Shown here piece after piece: positions 27,729-37,017 of a stretch of DNA of 64,000 nt. The DNA comes from a bacterium (GTDB taxonomy: Bacteria; Electryoneota; Electryoneia; Electryoneales; Electryoneaceae). Numbering within the stretch: position 1 is the stretch's first letter; every line of letters begins with the position of its first letter. Below the pieces are notes generated by a model. The model was not told the DNA's origin. It ran no database searches and was given only the letters and a program-made list of their open reading frames with translations. The position numbers and the translations under genes were made by a program. The stretch is taken from positions 5,088,001 through 5,152,000 of the forward strand of contig OY769902.1 of assembly GCA_963669175.1 (NCBI GenBank). The letters run 5' to 3'.

Positions 27729-30695
27729 TTATTTCACCAGCCAGGCTTTCTGCACACTGGTTCCGAAGGACGATTCAAGCTTCACAAGGTACAATCCGCT
27801 GGCAAATCCTGACAGATCCACGACCATCTCATGACGTCCCGCAGTACGCACGCCCTGCATTAGCGTCATCACTTCACGACCGTTCAGGTTGTACACCTTC
27901 AGCGACACATCAGAAGTCTGGGGCAAGGTATATGCAATATGGGTCTGCGGGTTGAACGGGTTCGGGTACGGCGCTTCCAGTTCGAAAGTAACCGGCATTT
28001 CCTGAACAGCCTGATTCTCCGGACCTTCCACATCCAATGTTACTCCCATCGCGTTGAGGATGGGATAAAGAATGTCTTCACCCGGAGCACTGGTTGAAAT
28101 GCCACTGATCGCTTCCAGGCCGAATCCCATGTATACGGCAACACCCTCATTCGGCGTTTCATTCCAGACCGCCGCAACCGCATCACTTCCGATATACGTA
28201 TACAACGCTTCAGCCATATTTGTTGGAACAATACCACTCGGGGCGGTCTGGTTGTTCGCGCCACCCGCTCCGACCAAGGCGGACATCAGGCCATCACTCA
28301 ACGGCTGACCATTTACGCCCTGAATTCCCCTTGCACCAGTCGAGTCAATGCTTTCCGAAACACCCAGCAGGAAGCTGAGATCAGTATAATCAGACAGTTG
28401 CGGTCCGATATACTGCCCGGAAAGGACAACCTTGCCACCATTGTCGAGATGGTTGGTAAGCACACTGACTTCGGCAGCGTTCAAGGGATTGCGGTTATCG
28501 CCGGTAATCCAGATTGTAACGTCAAAGTCGGACATGGTTTCCAGTGAAGGGATTTCGTGATCGGCATCGATAACTTCTGCCGCAGAGATCAGGTTTTCGA
28601 TATAGCCGTCCACATAGGACAAGTAGGACGTTGCCCCGCAATCGTCCACCAGCAGGATTGTCGGCTGGCCCAATGTGATACGATGGTCCAGCGTCTGCGA
28701 ATAGGTGCCATCATTCGCGGTCAGTGTAATTTCCAGGGTTACATAGTGTGGTTCGATCGTATTCGCCACCTGGAAACGAATCGGTTGTGGTAAAGTGGAA
28801 CTCTCACCCGGCGCCAGTTGGCCAATGACAACTTCATCTGTCTCGAACAATGTGCATTCATCGCCGGCTATTTGCAGAGTTACATCTTCTGCCGGCGGCG
28901 GATACAGGGCTACATCATTCCAAACCTGCATGTTCAGCTCAACCCATTCACCGGGCATCAGGTAACCGTCATCATTTTCATCTGTCAGGTTCAGCGCGTC
29001 AATCACCAGGTTCGGTTCAGCGCCAGGTCCAATCCCGTGTTGACCGAAGGCAGTATAAATCTCCCAGTCATGTGGAGTGCCATTGGACAGGTCGCCATCA
29101 TCATCATCCTGTACCAGAACCTCGATGAAGTACCCTTCAAAGTCTTCCGCCAAACCATAACGTGCATAATGGAATAGTGGATCTGTGATTTCCGCGCCCA
29201 GCAGTTCACGGGTATCCCACATGGAACCACCGGGAATCAGACCATCCGTATGAACTTCATCCACATAACTATCAGGATAGCTCCGGTTGTTGTTCAGATT
29301 GCGCATGGGCGTCCCAGGCGAGCCGACATATACACCCGGCGCCATGGTTGAATAATCATGAATCGAACAAGGGATATAGTCAGACCAGGCTTCGTTTAGC
29401 GCCCCCGATTGCCCCTGGTAGGGCAGAGTGCCACGCGGGTAAATTGCGCCAGTCACGCCATGAGTATACTCATGGTAGATAACATCGCTGAACATGGCGA
29501 GGTTATAAAGTGAATTCGCGCCTGTCCCGAAGAACATCTGGTTTCCGCTCCACATGGCGTTTTCCCAGTTATCCTGGAACGCTACCGTAGCGCCAACCGG
29601 GTAATCCAGCGAGTAGAAATCCGGGTCCAGCACCTTGTACCAGTCATGGATGAAGTTGGTATGGTAGAATATATTGAACTCATCAGCACGTCCCTGCTCT
29701 GGGGATTGCCAGTCAAGACCCGCATTGCCCGGTGCGACGACATCCAACGTAACTGATGCATCCGGACCGTCTTCATAGTTCACGTCTACCCAGGGACCGT
29801 ACAGGGAATGCCTGAAGTCATAGCTACTACCCTGGCTCAGACCGCTGAAATTGAAATAGCCCTCTTCATCCGTTACTTCCGTATTCGGTCCCATCTCAAC
29901 AGCCATATTTCGGAATGGCAGCCATTCCGGCTCCTGGTTGATCTGGTTGTAGTGTACCGGACCTGTGACGGTTCCGTTTACTTCTACAGAATACGCATCG
30001 TTATAGAAACCCAGCATTTCGCCGGTGTTTGCATTCAACAAGCCTACAGGACGCAGGATCGGGCTTTCACCTTCCAGCGCAACCATCCATGCTGAAAGCA
30101 GTTCGCCATCCACACGGACCCACACTTCACGGGTTTCCAGCGCCGTATATCCCGCCAGCCCGGAATAAGCCGCCAGCTCAGTTTCTGCATCTGCGGCTGT
30201 CCAGCTTCCCTGCCATGATACAGAAGCCTGACGCTCCACATCACTGCCCCAGAGTGCGACCTTGCCGGATTGGGCAACTCGCAACAGGACACGTGTGCCT
30301 AGAACCGGGCGTCCATCCACCAGTTGCCGTGCAGTCATGTACGCCTTGCCATTGACCTGACTATCGTATAAAACTTCCAGATCGCTGGATACAACGCCGA
30401 AAATCGCTACGTTGTTATCGATCAGGGAAAACATGGCTTCACGGGTGGCTTGAGTTGCGCCAAAACCTGCATTCTCCAGGTACCCATGCACTCGTACCGG
30501 GTTACCGGCACGTGTGAATTGACCGGAAACCTGAGCAGATTGTCCGGCAAGAAGACTCATTTGCCGCTTTACGGTTTCTTTGGCGGTTTCAGGCCAGAAA
30601 GCGTCCGGAAGATCCTGAGCAAATGCGGGAACAGCGATGAACATGATTACCAACAGGATAAGTGCGTGCTTGCAGTGCTGTGGAAATCCAGTCAT
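27729..30695 (-). CDS. Secreted thermolysin-like (M4/M36) zinc metallopeptidase with Por/T9SS-type C-terminal tail
   Basis: Signal peptide from ATG 30695 (AAGAGG RBS); propeptide; ENAMW, HEYTH, GALNEAWSD, EVH; YPNPFNP...SGLYLV tail. Confidence 0.88.
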   Translation of the reverse strand: MTGFPQHCKHALILLVIMFIAVPAFAQDLPDAFWPETAKETVKRQMSLLAGQSAQVSGQFTRAGNPVRVHGYLENAGFGATQATREAMFSLIDNNVAIFGVVSSDLEVLYDSQVNGKAYMTARQLVDGRPVLGTRVLLRVAQSGKVALWGSDVERQASVSWQGSWTAADAETELAAYSGLAGYTALETREVWVRVDGELLSAWMVALEGESPILRPVGLLNANTGEMLGFYNDAYSVEVNGTVTGPVHYNQINQEPEWLPFRNMAVEMGPNTEVTDEEGYFNFSGLSQGSSYDFRHSLYGPWVDVNYEDGPDASVTLDVVAPGNAGLDWQSPEQGRADEFNIFYHTNFIHDWYKVLDPDFYSLDYPVGATVAFQDNWENAMWSGNQMFFGTGANSLYNLAMFSDVIYHEYTHGVTGAIYPRGTLPYQGQSGALNEAWSDYIPCSIHDYSTMAPGVYVGSPGTPMRNLNNNRSYPDSYVDEVHTDGLIPGGSMWDTRELLGAEITDPLFHYARYGLAEDFEGYFIEVLVQDDDDGDLSNGTPHDWEIYTAFGQHGIGPGAEPNLVIDALNLTDENDDGYLMPGEWVELNMQVWNDVALYPPPAEDVTLQIAGDECTLFETDEVVIGQLAPGESSTLPQPIRFQVANTIEPHYVTLEITLTANDGTYSQTLDHRITLGQPTILLVDDCGATSYLSYVDGYIENLISAAEVIDADHEIPSLETMSDFDVTIWITGDNRNPLNAAEVSVLTNHLDNGGKVVLSGQYIGPQLSDYTDLSFLLGVSESIDSTGARGIQGVNGQPLSDGLMSALVGAGGANNQTAPSGIVPTNMAEALYTYIGSDAVAAVWNETPNEGVAVYMGFGLEAISGISTSAPGEDILYPILNAMGVTLDVEGPENQAVQEMPVTFELEAPYPNPFNPQTHIAYTLPQTSDVSLKVYNLNGREVMTLMQGVRTAGRHEMVVDLSGFASGLYLVKLESSFGTSVQKAWLVK

Positions 30696-30920
30696 GGTAT
30701 GCCTCTTGTAACGTGGTATTAAATCGGTTATACCCGAGATTAGTAAAATAGGTATACCCTCACCTTGGCGCAAACAGGGATGAGCCAATAGGCCAGTAAA
30801 GGAGAATAGTATGATATTGAGTTTCGAAAATATTGTCGTTGGTCTTGCTGCATCTTGGTATTGATAACTCTGCATTTATAACTGTCCTCGATTTTATTCC
30901 GATATAATAGAGATGGCCGG

Positions 30921-31110
30921 GAAAAGGGGACGGGATCCTTTTCCCCGCACTTATGCAGAATATTCCTGAAGTATTCATGGAAAAGGAAACTGTCCCCTTT
31001 TCCTTGTAATCCCTGCCTGCTCTCAAGAAAAAGGGTACAGCCACCTTTCCCGATCCATGCTCGCAACGGGAAAGCTCTACCCCAGGGAAAGGAGGCAGTC
31101 CCCTTTTTTC
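30921..31110. repeat. Four degenerate AAAGG-N-CCTTT imperfect palindromes
   Basis: AAAAGGGGACGGGATCCTTTT, AAAAGGAAACTGTCCCCTTTT, AAAAGGGTACAGCCACCTTTC and AAAGGAGGCAGTCCCCTTTTT, spaced about 50-60 bp apart. Confidence 0.6.
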
Positions 31111-31314
31111 ATATCCTTTCTTTCAAATCCTTTCTTTCACCCCTATGAAGGATCTTTCACTGATATAGCAATGACCCTATAACGGATTACTAATGGGAAT
31201 CGCCATAATTCGTTTATGATCATTGGTTTGAACTGCCTACGTAGTAGATACGCCTCGGCGCTCAAGTCCTCGCCTGGTAGACTGTAGTTGATTTCCGCCT
31301 GCCAGACTGTAGTT

Positions 31315-31545
31315 GAATAGAAAACACTCTCATCCCAGCGAAGACTGGGATCCAGGCAAGCATCGACAAAACAACAAGTTGGATACCAACTCGGCTTTCA
31401 ATGAACCGCATTTCTCGAGTACACTTAACCTCTTGTAATATCGCAACATGACTAGATCCCAGCCTTCGCTGGGATGAGAGCATCGGTGATTCTGAGACAC
31501 ATTGCTACGCTGGGGATGAAAGAATGGGACAATATTTTCGAGACT
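31315..31545. repeat. dRS3-like MITE/REP element (about 166-bp core plus tail), copy 1
   Basis: Terminal inverted hairpins CTCTCATCCCAGCGAAGACTGGGATCCAG...CTAGATCCCAGCCTTCGCTGGGATGAGAG; colinear with 59084-59249. Confidence 0.85.
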
Positions 31546-31647
31546 CACGATATACAGTAAGATGCCTTCTACCGGCAAAGGTTGCCAATTGCATATCCTT
31601 CCGGAAGAGATGTACTTTGCAGCGGACAAAGCAAACATGAGCACGGC

Positions 31648-32205
31648 ATGGCAACGAAAGACCTGACCATTTTTCAACGCATGGCGCTTGGCAGAGCCTG
31701 GAAGCAGGGGCAGAAAAGCTCTTCCAGCCTGAAAGCGGACGGTTACCTTTTTATCATGCCATCCGACACGGATCGCATCGGTCCTTACATGGAACCCTTG
31801 CGTGACTGGCTGAAAGAATCGGACCGTGGCAATGTGCGTATCGTCCTGCCCAAAGCCGCACGCGACCTGTTGAACCTGCTCGATCGTAACGTGTTTGCCG
31901 TGACCTTCAACGAATTTGACTTGAAACGTAATAAAATGCCGACCCCGGAGTTCCGTGAACGCATACAGCAATCCAGCGCGGATACGGTTGTTCTGCTGGA
32001 GCGTGACCTCGATCCCATGACCGAGACCTTGTTCGCCCTGATTCCGGCAAATCGCAAGGCGGCACATTTTCATCCACTGCGTGAAAACCGGATTCAAATC
32101 GTGGTGCATGCCAAAGCCGATGCAGAACGTACTCAACGGTGTCGAACCCTGCTGAATACGCTATCCACGTTTGTTCATCCCTCGGTGAATACCATTACCA
32201 GGTGA
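31648..32205 (+). CDS. Hypothetical protein (possibly DUF6913-like)
   Basis: 185-aa ORF with host-like codon usage; family resemblance is tentative. Confidence 0.6.
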   Translation: MATKDLTIFQRMALGRAWKQGQKSSSSLKADGYLFIMPSDTDRIGPYMEPLRDWLKESDRGNVRIVLPKAARDLLNLLDRNVFAVTFNEFDLKRNKMPTPEFRERIQQSSADTVVLLERDLDPMTETLFALIPANRKAAHFHPLRENRIQIVVHAKADAERTQRCRTLLNTLSTFVHPSVNTITR

Positions 32206-32272
32206 CAAATCCCGTCGAAGTTTGTTACCCACACAACAGTGCGAAGCAAAAAGAGTAAGGACATGGAAGTAC

Positions 32273-33517
32273 ATGCCGGACAGTTCAACAGCGACACATA
32301 CTGCTCATACAAGCACAGTCACATCCAATAATACAGATCAGGCAAAGAGTGCGATCAGTGTGCCGGTGATGGTAACGCTGGCGCTGCTTGCGGCAATGGC
32401 TCCACTTGCGACAGACCTGTACCTGCCTGCCTTTCCACAGATGCTGCAGCAATTCAATACCAATGCTGCCGGTATCCAGATGACTTTAACTACGTTTCTG
32501 GTTGGCGCCGCATTGGGGCAATTGCTGTTTGGCCCGTTGTCGGATCGTTTTGGCCGTCTACGTCCTGTCATCTTCGGATCAATCGTCTGCGCTATTGCTA
32601 CGGTAGCGGCAGCTGTTTCGCCCACGGTCGAGATACTGACCATTTCACGTCTCTTTCAGGGTCTGGCAGCATCAGCCGGGATGGTCGTAGGCCGCGCCAT
32701 TATCTCGGACATGGCCCCGTCCAGCGGCGAGGCTGCTCGGGCGTTCAATATTATCATGGCGATTATGGGAATAGCCCCGATTACAGCCCCCTGGCTGGGC
32801 AGCCTGCTGGTCGGAATAGTTGGGTGGCGTGGGATCTTCTGGGTGATTTTTGCCCTCGCTTCTGCTGCTGTTTTACTGGTGCTGGCCTTTCTGCGTGAAT
32901 CCCACCCGACAGAGAATCGCAGTTCAAGACAACCGATTCAGGTCAAGACATTTTTAAATCGTACCTTCGTTGGGTATACGCTGGCATGTGCGTTCGGCTT
33001 TGGGACGCTGATGGCCTATATCTCGGCATCATCCTTCCTGTTCCAGAACATCATAGGGGTCAGTGTTATTCAGTACGGACTTCTCTTTGCCACGAACGCA
33101 TTCCTCCTGACGGCCACAAGCGGTCTCTCTTCCTTCCTGTCAACACGTGTACCGGTACAGCGATTGATCTTTTTCGGACTTGGCGGGTTGGTTGCCGGTT
33201 CGTTCTGCGTGGCTGGCTTTGTCTTTCTGAACGCTCCACCATTCTGGACGGTATTCCCGATTGCACTGGTTGTCGCCAGTCTGGGCTTCGTGTTTGGCAA
33301 TGCGACAACTCTTGCAATCGCGGCAGTTCCTGAAGCCCTTGGAACGGGTTCGGCATTGCTGGGAGCGTTGCAATTCGGGTTCGGCGCTATGGTCGCACCA
33401 CTGGTCGGTATCGCCGGTGATCACAGCGCTGTGCCACTGGCCCTGGTGATGGTTGTTATGTCCATTCTTACACTTGTCTCATGCCTGATCGCAGTTCGGG
33501 GGGAACAGGAAGGGTAG
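32273..33517 (+). CDS. Bcr/CflA-family MFS drug efflux transporter
   Basis: DLYLPAFP, GPLSDRFGR and GWRGIF motifs; about 12 TM segments. Confidence 0.93.
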   Translation: MPDSSTATHTAHTSTVTSNNTDQAKSAISVPVMVTLALLAAMAPLATDLYLPAFPQMLQQFNTNAAGIQMTLTTFLVGAALGQLLFGPLSDRFGRLRPVIFGSIVCAIATVAAAVSPTVEILTISRLFQGLAASAGMVVGRAIISDMAPSSGEAARAFNIIMAIMGIAPITAPWLGSLLVGIVGWRGIFWVIFALASAAVLLVLAFLRESHPTENRSSRQPIQVKTFLNRTFVGYTLACAFGFGTLMAYISASSFLFQNIIGVSVIQYGLLFATNAFLLTATSGLSSFLSTRVPVQRLIFFGLGGLVAGSFCVAGFVFLNAPPFWTVFPIALVVASLGFVFGNATTLAIAAVPEALGTGSALLGALQFGFGAMVAPLVGIAGDHSAVPLALVMVVMSILTLVSCLIAVRGEQEG

Positions 33518-33554
33518 CATTTGCTGTGTTTTCTCATCGGCATGGGATATAATT

Positions 33555-34530
33555 TCATCCCCACGGGACAAGATATCATCCTCGGCTTGAACCGTAGCGA
33601 AGCGAAGCTTGCGGTGTGCGAAGTACAGCCGTGAACCAAACTGGGATCTCGTGGTCACACACGTAAACTCTTATCCCGACTGCTTGCTTTGGTAACGAGA
33701 CGTTTGGCCCGACTGCTTGCTGTTATGACGAGAATCCACCTCGAAGAGGTGACACTTGAATAGCGCGGTGCGTAAGCGCCGGGAGAAAGGTGTCCCCCCA
33801 TTTTCGATCCCGAAGGGATCGCACAAAATCCATTCACAAACTCTTTCAACAGATACCTGCACTTTTGTCTCAATGAATGATCTATCCCAAAGTGCGTCCC
33901 CTTCAGGGTCGATTGATCATTGGCGACATTATGTTCCCGGCGCTTACGCACCACGCTATCCCGAATATTTCACCAATGCAATTTCAAATGTGGTATTTGA
34001 TGGAATGGCCAGTGCAAGAACCACGGCAGTGGTTCCCTGGATTAGCCCACCGTCCAGCGCCGTCTGTTTGGCACTCACGGTGGGAATAGGATGTACGCTA
34101 CTTGCCAACCCCGGCAGCGGGTTGCCTAAATATTATCACTGTATACTTATGATAATTATTAGGATACTCCTTCCGGAGTAAATATATGGTGCGCATTATC
34201 TCCCCGGGTAGCCGCCAAACTGACGGCAGCTGCCCGGGACTAATACAGGTTGCCCCTGCCGGGGCGGTTGCCGATACTCAGCCTCATTTTGCCAGCGAAA
34301 CAGGGAATAGGCACGCAAAGGGATACCGGAGCAAACTGTACCCATAAAAAAGCTGTATGAATCAGTTGTATTGTGCTGATATGAAATGTGTTAAGATGAT
34401 TATCCATGTTTCGTTCGTGAAATATCCGGGCTATTCAAGTGGCCCACCTTCGGTGGACTTAAACAACACCTGATCTACTCCTCGGTTATTCACCCCTTCG
34501 GTTAATTTAACCCAGGTCATTTCCCTACAT
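33555..34530. repeat. Non-coding mosaic of REP/REPIN-like hairpin elements
   Basis: Long inverted pair at 33760-33784 / 33935-33959; 33-bp-period CCCGACTGCTTGCT tandem; back-to-back three-hairpin units at 34019-34124 and 34165-34265. Confidence 0.75.
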
Positions 34531-34607
34531 TCCACTGATACTCTTACCCGTACGAAATAGAGATGGATCTGTAAAAAACTCAAAAACCGTGTAACAAACA
34601 CTATCCA

Positions 34608-36857
34608 TCATTTCAGCAGGATTATCTTCTCCACCGCCCTCATTTCCTGCGCCCACAAAGCGAGGAAGTAGGTGCCTGAAGGTAAATCCTCCATTGAAAA
34701 CGTATGCTCGTGTGATCCCGCAGATTGATACCCCTGGTATATAGTTCTGACTGTTCTCCCCAGCAGATCATGAAGAGTGATTTTCATTTCTCCAGGGTGT
34801 GCCAGCATAACCTGCAAACGTGTGGAAGAGTTGCAGGGATTGGGATGGATGCCTGCTATCCCGAAATGCACCGGCGCTTCTTCACCACTACCATCGCTTC
34901 CGGGAACCGCAGTCCAGTCAAACGGATACGCCCCGATGTCAGCAATAGTACCATCCGGATCGTACGGGCTGAACGGATCACCGGCGTCAATCAGCGGCGA
35001 ACCTTCCAGAAGATGATAATTGCCGTTCTCGGGGTCCACAAACAACGGATCAACGTCGTTCAGCATGTGTTGACCGACACTTACAGACTCTCCGAACGGA
35101 GTCTCACCCAGGAAGCCCCCATACCCGGAATAGGCAATCTCCGACTGTACCCCATCAATCAGGATTCCGTAATAGCCAAAGAAGAAAGTGTTCGAAACAA
35201 AAAGTTGCGGATTTAAATTCTGAACTGCAAAAAGGATATTTGCGGCAAACGTGGCATTACGGATAGTCTGAAATCGATTGATCAGGATACCATGAATTTC
35301 AGCATGATCCAGCAGGGACGGCGTATCTTCAGGAAGAAGCGCTTCCATGGTCTGCCCGTCGAAAACAAACGATGTCACCTCATACGGATTCTCTTCATCA
35401 AATTCCAGGTCAGGGTGTGGTTGCAGGGTAAGTGCTCCCCTGCGAAAAGCGCAATCAATCAACTTGCCGGTAGTTGTCATTTGCAAGTGAGTGTTTATTG
35501 ATCCCTCTATCGCCAAGCCGTTCCATTCTTCATCGGTAAGAATGCCAAAACCATCAACTATTGAATCATCCTCTGTAACAAAGATCAGATCATGGATACT
35601 CGCGTCAAGTTCGATTCTTACAGGTTCTTCAGCCGTTCCATTGATCCGTATGCCACCATTGTTCATCAGGTAGAACAGGTTTTCCAACGAACCGTTCACC
35701 TGAATCGTCGTGTTTACCCCAAGCGTAAGAATACTGTTTCTGACAAGAACCGGCCCCTCACAGCAAACTGTGGTGTCCTGCCAGGTCGTGCTTTCATTGA
35801 TTTCAGTAAATGAATAAAGAAAAGGTGGCGGATCATCATGGAAACGGGAATCATACTCGTACCGCTGGCCACTATAACCGGTATGTCCGCAATTGCTGTT
35901 TCTCGTCATCCCGTGTCTTGTTTGTACCAAGCTGCCAAAAATCTTTATCTCCCCTCTGTTATCTTCGGAATTGGGATGATCGCCCTCCGGGTCGCACCAG
36001 TAATACTCATCTCCCGGATTATTCAGATCCTCGATTTGAAAGCTTTCGGACATGGCCAGCACCGCTGCCGTTATGCAGATATTTGCGCTGTCCGCCTCCC
36101 AATAATTCCGTTCTACACCGTTTCCACGTCCGTTCGCCCAGGTGTTGGCGATAAAAACATCCGCTTCTCCCAACAAACCGAGCAAGGAAGTACAGGTATC
36201 CGGTACATCAATCCAAATACCGCTTTGATCTGATCCTGCATAAAGCAGGTCATCAGTCAGGTAGATATCACCTGATGCACCGATACTGGTTATTCCCAGT
36301 ATTTCGGTACCCTGTATGCGTAATTCGCCGTTAAAGTAGATCGCCAGGTCACGGCTGTAGGGAATCAACTCCGTGTAAACCGTATCCGCAGAATCGGGGG
36401 GAATGTTGGCAGATACGGCCGCGATATCCCAGCCGTCGCTGCCACCTTCACAAAGAAAACTGAGGGTAAAGTTTTCATTGTCGAAATAGTGTCCCTGTAC
36501 TGAAGCTTGCTCAGGAAGAGGAAAAGCTTGTGGAAGGACAACTTCCGGAACGTTGAAACGTGGTGGAAACTCAAAATAGGGATGACAAGAAAAGTAAGTG
36601 TTGAAGGTATCTGCAACTGTGCTGAAATATCCCTGGGCAAAAATAGGTGCGTATTGAATTGAGAAAATACCGTTGGAATGAACATTGCCATAAAACGTAT
36701 CCGGTGTCCAGAACCAGAGAATCTCCTCGTACTCAGATTCTTCCGTGTCCGTGAGGTAGAGATAATCCAGGAACAGGGAAAGCTGAGCAAAACTGGGCGT
36801 CACTGCCAGAAGACCGATCAGCAGTACGAAAACAACCTTTGAATTGAAATATTGCAT
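34608..36857 (-). CDS. Secreted protein with DUF4900/PilX-like N-terminal domain, beta-helix-like middle region and Por/T9SS-type tail
   Basis: Signal peptide; DTFYGNVHSNG and GSLVQ...TGY...YEYDSRF...PP motifs; DPLFVD...SPLIDAGDP...DIGAY; HPNPCN...SGTYF tail. Confidence 0.7.
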   Translation of the reverse strand: MQYFNSKVVFVLLIGLLAVTPSFAQLSLFLDYLYLTDTEESEYEEILWFWTPDTFYGNVHSNGIFSIQYAPIFAQGYFSTVADTFNTYFSCHPYFEFPPRFNVPEVVLPQAFPLPEQASVQGHYFDNENFTLSFLCEGGSDGWDIAAVSANIPPDSADTVYTELIPYSRDLAIYFNGELRIQGTEILGITSIGASGDIYLTDDLLYAGSDQSGIWIDVPDTCTSLLGLLGEADVFIANTWANGRGNGVERNYWEADSANICITAAVLAMSESFQIEDLNNPGDEYYWCDPEGDHPNSEDNRGEIKIFGSLVQTRHGMTRNSNCGHTGYSGQRYEYDSRFHDDPPPFLYSFTEINESTTWQDTTVCCEGPVLVRNSILTLGVNTTIQVNGSLENLFYLMNNGGIRINGTAEEPVRIELDASIHDLIFVTEDDSIVDGFGILTDEEWNGLAIEGSINTHLQMTTTGKLIDCAFRRGALTLQPHPDLEFDEENPYEVTSFVFDGQTMEALLPEDTPSLLDHAEIHGILINRFQTIRNATFAANILFAVQNLNPQLFVSNTFFFGYYGILIDGVQSEIAYSGYGGFLGETPFGESVSVGQHMLNDVDPLFVDPENGNYHLLEGSPLIDAGDPFSPYDPDGTIADIGAYPFDWTAVPGSDGSGEEAPVHFGIAGIHPNPCNSSTRLQVMLAHPGEMKITLHDLLGRTVRTIYQGYQSAGSHEHTFSMEDLPSGTYFLALWAQEMRAVEKIILLK

Positions 36858-36941
36858 TCTCCCTCTCCTCGCGATTCATACTAAACTATATGTCTTTTAT
36901 TCAATAATGCAAGCAAGAGAACAAGGAAAATGGTTTGTCGC

Positions 36942-36979
36942 AAAAAACCGGGACCAATCCAAATGGATCAGTCCCGGTT
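36942..36979 (-). terminator. Intrinsic terminator of the LVIVD-repeat gene
   Basis: CCGGGAC...GTCCCGG stem with an A6 run on + (U-tract on -). Confidence 0.8.
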
Positions 36980-37017
36980 CTCTATGAACAGCTTCCTGCA
37001 AAAGAAAGCAGATTGCT

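Noticed and set aside
30696-30875. Extended N-terminus of the peptidase given in the ORF track (similar extensions for def, fmt, tetR, the HEAT protein and the ABC ATPase)
   Set aside because: RBS position, signal peptide or family N-terminus supports the downstream starts used above.
30921-31110. CRISPR array (also considered for 26195-26342 and 50225-50280)
   Set aside because: Repeats are degenerate, mixed in orientation or lack spacers, and no cas genes are present.
33655-34181. ORFs within the REP mosaic (also 31262-31483, 50060-50632, 59099-59335, 63373-63558)
   Set aside because: They are translations of palindromic repeats and are not credible proteins.
34410-34433. ATATCCGGGCTA shared with about 1222-1233, as possible IS ends
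   Set aside because: Only a 12-bp match in the same orientation, with no transposase or target duplication; too weak to call.
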